Below, piece after piece: positions 61,201 to 64,000 of a stretch of 64,000 nt of DNA. The notes under the pieces were generated by a model that did not search any database, was not told the origin of the DNA, and saw nothing but the letters and a program-made list of their open reading frames with translations. Numbering within the stretch: the first letter of the stretch is position 1; each line of letters opens with the position of its first letter. The stretch is from NCBI RefSeq assembly GCF_009914755.1, contig NC_060946.1; one strand, given 5' to 3'. The translations under genes and the position numbers were made by a program. Source of the stretch: the human T2T-CHM13v2.0 reference genome, Homo sapiens.

Positions 61201-62022
61201 CGTCCAGTCGGGCGCCTGACCCACGGCGGGCACGGAGAACACCTGCCAGTACTGGGCGATGGCGCGCGCGGCCGGGCAGTCCAGCTGCACCGAGGCGTTG
61301 ATGGTGGCCTCCGCCTGCATGCTCAGGCGCACGGGGGCGCCCTTCTGGTCCGTGTTGATCCTCACGCGCTGGATGACGCAGGCGTTTATCTGACAGGACA
61401 CGGACGACTCGACGGCTCTGTGGCTGGACGAGTTGACGGCCTGCAACATCACGCGCGCGGGGCCGTCTGTGGGGCACTCGGTGCGGGCCACGAAGCCCTG
61501 CTGGGGCCGCGGGCCTGGCGCGGCGGAGCGCGGGGAGACGCGGGCCGCGGGGGAGGCCGGGCGGGCGGCGCCGGGTCCGAGCAGCCGCAGGCGGAAGGCC
61601 CAGGCCAGGCGCCCGGGCGAGCGCGGCAGCCGCACGGACCACGTCAGGGAGAGGCGGCCGCCGCGCGCGGAGAGCTGCAGGTCGACGAGCGCGAGCGCGG
61701 GCGCGGCCGGCCAGGGCAGGCGTTGGGCGCTGAGCAGGACGCGCAAGTCGAGGCAGTACCAGCGCCGCCCGGTCCCGCCATGGGGGAAGCAGAGGCTGCC
61801 GCGGCCGCTCAGGACAGCGCCGCCCGCCCGCACCGCGCTGGGCCGCAGACTGAGGAGGGCGCGGCCGCCGCGCACCCCGAGGCCCGGGGCGCCCCTGAGG
61901 AGGCCACCGGGCGCCCCGGAGACGGCGGCTTGTGCCCCGCGAGGAACCGGCGGCAGCGGGAGGCGGCCGACGCTCAGGCTCAGGCCCACGCCCAGAAGGA
62001 GGAGAGCGGGCCCAGGCCTCAT
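55261..62022 (-). CDS. PKDREJ: Polycystin family receptor for egg jelly (polycystin-1-like; signal peptide, REJ, GAIN/GPS, PLAT/LH2, multi-pass polycystin channel-like C-terminus); single exon
   Basis: Uninterrupted 2253-aa ORF; N-terminal signal peptide; LDGSTSSDPD REJ motif; PLAT YLVTIFTGSRWGSGTRANVFVQL; LQESNWLDEKTWAV polycystin motif; many hydrophobic TM segments. Confidence 0.99.
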   Translation of the reverse strand: MRPGPALLLLGVGLSLSVGRLPLPPVPRGAQAAVSGAPGGLLRGAPGLGVRGGRALLSLRPSAVRAGGAVLSGRGSLCFPHGGTGRRWYCLDLRVLLSAQRLPWPAAPALALVDLQLSARGGRLSLTWSVRLPRSPGRLAWAFRLRLLGPGAARPASPAARVSPRSAAPGPRPQQGFVARTECPTDGPARVMLQAVNSSSHRAVESSVSCQINACVIQRVRINTDQKGAPVRLSMQAEATINASVQLDCPAARAIAQYWQVFSVPAVGQAPDWTQPLDLPQLEIRNSPLFIHIPNNSLQWGVYVFNFTVSITTGNPKMPEVKDSDAVYVWIVRSSLQAVMLGDANITANFTEQLILDGSTSSDPDADSPLQGLQFFWYCTTDPRNYGGDRIILGSKEVCHPEQANLKWPWASGPVLTLLPETLKGDHVYFFRMVIRKDSRTAFSDKRVHVLQGPKAIAHITCIENCERNFIVSDRFSLFLNCTNCASRDFYKWSILSSSGGEMLFDWMGETVTGRNGAYLSIKAFAFRHFLEAEFSISLYLACWSGVTSVFRHSFIINHGPQIGECKINPAKGIALITKFVVQCSNFRDKHVPLTYKIIVSDLHSVGEISSVKENTLGTILYLGPQSTVPPSFLPVGMLASQYGLKIYAQVYDSLGAFSQVTLHATAQAPTDKNSSKTVLNQLLSFTVGPSSLLSTLIQKKDFLPAGYLLYIVASVLNNMKTELPLRDDRVNLRKHLIDQSFLLPVSTLVEIGQVVMTITKLTQKPSEFTWDAQKRATMRVWQANQALQEYQQKDKRFRSEQIEIVSTGILMSLSNILKMTSPHQVVKDPFYVIESLSDTILANKVPGNKTTSMRTPNFNMYVKKVEKWGINQLFRNEKHCRNCFYPTLNVSSVPGLSANGPISTMFCDFTNDLFPWLNDQENTSVEVSGFRMTGVADNGSVLEITPDVAEVYLVRKNLTFAAFNLTVGPNSEVDGSLKKTTGGFSFQVDSTVLREVLVHIVTEVMVLFTVLVYTGSQITPTALVATFLVPHDIPPFASQSALFDPACTVKKARVVCLPVSLLQLIAQHSHSPHCTVSIVLQAPRFVMKLNDKLVRISIFSVQCLDMYGIQSEWREGYCILGEKTSWYEVHCICKNVVRARRQLGTIGLTGIHLHTHYVMAKVIVIPNPVDLRLNIIKSLHQNPVTLFTVLFIILLYVGLAFWALYRDEMDQHLRGHVIVLPDNDPYDNLCYLVTIFTGSRWGSGTRANVFVQLRGTVSTSDVHCLSHPHFTTLYRGSINTFLLTTKSDLGDIHSIRVWHNNEGRSPSWYLSRIKVENLFSRHIWLFICQKWLSVDTTLDRTFHVTHPDERLTRKDFFFIDVSSNLRKNHMWFSIFASVVAKTFNRLQRLSCCLAMLLSSLLCNIMFFNLNRQEQTESRERKYMRSMMIGIESVLITIPVQLLITFLFTCSQRKPQADLKEVSPQKHPLMSEASEHWEEYLRKWHAYETAKVHPREVAKPASKGKPRLPKASPKATSKPKHRHRKAQIKTPETLGPNTNSNNNIEDDQDVHSEQHPSQKDLQQLKKKPRIVLPWWCVYVAWFLVFATSSISSFFIVFYGLTYGYDKSIEWLFASFCSFCQSVLLVQPSKIILLSGFRTNKPKYCKNLSWSTKYKYTEIRLDGMRMHPEEMQRIHDQIVRIRGTRMYQPLTEDEIRIFKRKKRIKRRALLFLSYILTHFIFLALLLILIVLLRHTDCFYYNQFIRDRFSMDLATVTKLEDIYRWLNSVLLPLLHNDLNPTFLPESSSKILGLPLMRQVRAKSSEKMCLPAEKFVQNSIRREIHCHPKYGIDPEDTKNYSGFWNEVDKQAIDESTNGFTYKPQGTQWLYYSYGLLHTYGSGGYALYFFPEQQRFNSTLRLKELQESNWLDEKTWAVVLELTTFNPDINLFCSISVIFEVSQLGVVNTSISLHSFSLADFDRKASAEIYLYVAILIFFLAYVVDEGCIIMQERASYVRSVYNLLNFALKCIFTVLIVLFLRKHFLATGIIRFYLSNPEDFIPFHAVSQVDHIMRIILGFLLFLTILKTLRYSRFFYDVRLAQRAIQAALPGICHMAFVVSVYFFVYMAFGYLVFGQHEWNYSNLIHSTQTVFSYCVSAFQNTEFSNNRILGVLFLSSFMLVMICVLINLFQAVILSAYEEMKQPVYEEPSDEVEAMTYLCRKLRTMFSFLTSQSKAKDEPEFFIDMLYGQPEKNSHRYLGLKTRNINGKKMVYLVV

Positions 62023-62130
62023 GGCGCCGGCCCAGGAGAAGCTGGGAGAGGCCGCGAGGCGCGCCCAACCGCCACCGGGGTCGCGGGGATAGTGAGGGTC
62101 TTGGGGACAGTGGGGGTCTCGGGCGTCGAA
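61200..62130. promoter_or_regulatory. PKDREJ: CpG island over the PKDREJ start and 5' coding region
   Basis: Extremely GC/CpG-rich block spanning the ATG. Confidence 0.85.
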
Positions 62131-62469
62131 GGGCGCTGGCAGAGGGGTCCCAGGGACAGAGTCCCAGAGAGCAGCTGGGACCTCGGAGCTTGGGGTCAGT
62201 CGGCACTGGGGACTTCTTGGGTACCTCTTCCCTCTCCGTCCCCAAGTGTGTGCAGGCCCAGGGTCAGGATGGCTCAGGAGGGCAGTTCAGCCCCGTGCAG
62301 ACCACAGAGCTGACCACGGAGAAGGGGCTTCAGCAGGAACCCTTGGGAAAGCCAGTCACAAAATGGGAGATCAGGAGGGAACCGTGAGATCCCTGGGCGC
62401 CCAGGAAGGTCTGACTCTCGGTTTCTTACTTTGGGGTCGCTTTGCTCTTTTCTTTCTAGTTGGTTTGGG

Positions 62470-62905
62470 GGTTTTGTTTTTTGTTTGTTTGTTTGTTTGT
62501 TTGTTTTTTGAGACGGAGTCTCTGTCACCCAGGCTGGAGTGCAATGGCTTGACCTCAAGTGATCCACCCACCTCGGCCTCCCAAAGTGCTGGGATTACAG
62601 GCATGAGCCACTGTGCCTGGCCTCATTCTTTAACTCTGTCCATTTTTGCTGTATATTTTGGGACTTGATTGATGGATTGAATGATTTTAGAGACAGGGTC
62701 TTGCTCTGTTGCCCAGGCTGGAGTGCAATGGTGCAATCATAGCTGACTGTAACCTTGAACTCCTGGGCTCAAGGAATCCTCCTGCCTCAGCCTCCCATAC
62801 TACAGGTCTACACCACTACACCTGACTGATTTATTTTTTATTTTTGTAGAGATGGTGTCTTGCTGTGTTTCACAGGCTGGTCTCAAACTCGTGGTCTTAA
62901 TTGGC
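62470..62905 (-). mobile_element. Two internally deleted antisense Alus upstream of PKDREJ
   Basis: Alu phrases at 62470-62622 and 62685-62905. Confidence 0.8.
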
Positions 62906-62912
62906 CCTCCCC

Positions 62913-64000
<1,088 letters not shown>

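Noticed and set aside
61136-62387. 369-aa, 388-aa and 219-aa overlapping ORFs at the PKDREJ 5' end
   Set aside because: Explained by extreme GC content; low-complexity products with no independent support.

Overview
Human genomic DNA, recognisable as the chr22q13.31 PPARA-CDPF1-PKDREJ locus. The + strand carries the last five coding exons of PPARA (DNA-binding domain, hinge and ligand-binding domain; the ATG exon lies upstream of the window) plus an ~8.4 kb 3'UTR ending near 42,460. On the - strand are the complete 4-exon CDPF1 gene (123 aa, CpG-island promoter near 49 kb, poly(A) site ~250 bp from that of PPARA) and the intronless 2253-aa PKDREJ gene. Introns and spacers are dense in Alu, old L1, LTR (ERV1, MST, THE1) and DNA-transposon fossils (MER1B, a Zaphod/Tip100-like hAT), plus a CpG-rich 16-mer minisatellite and a long CA-rich array. 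I see no wholly new gene system. The best leads are: splice-site architectures predicting NMD-escaping alternative proteins (PPARA truncated at D387; CDPF1 with a 140-aa alternative-frame C-terminus), a furin-consensus RARR inside the degenerate PKDREJ GPS motif, an ARE/AP-1/DR4 motif cluster in PPARA intron 7, and an Alu split by a templated insertion. Repeat boundaries and subfamily calls are by eye and approximate; PPARA exon numbers follow the common 8-exon convention.
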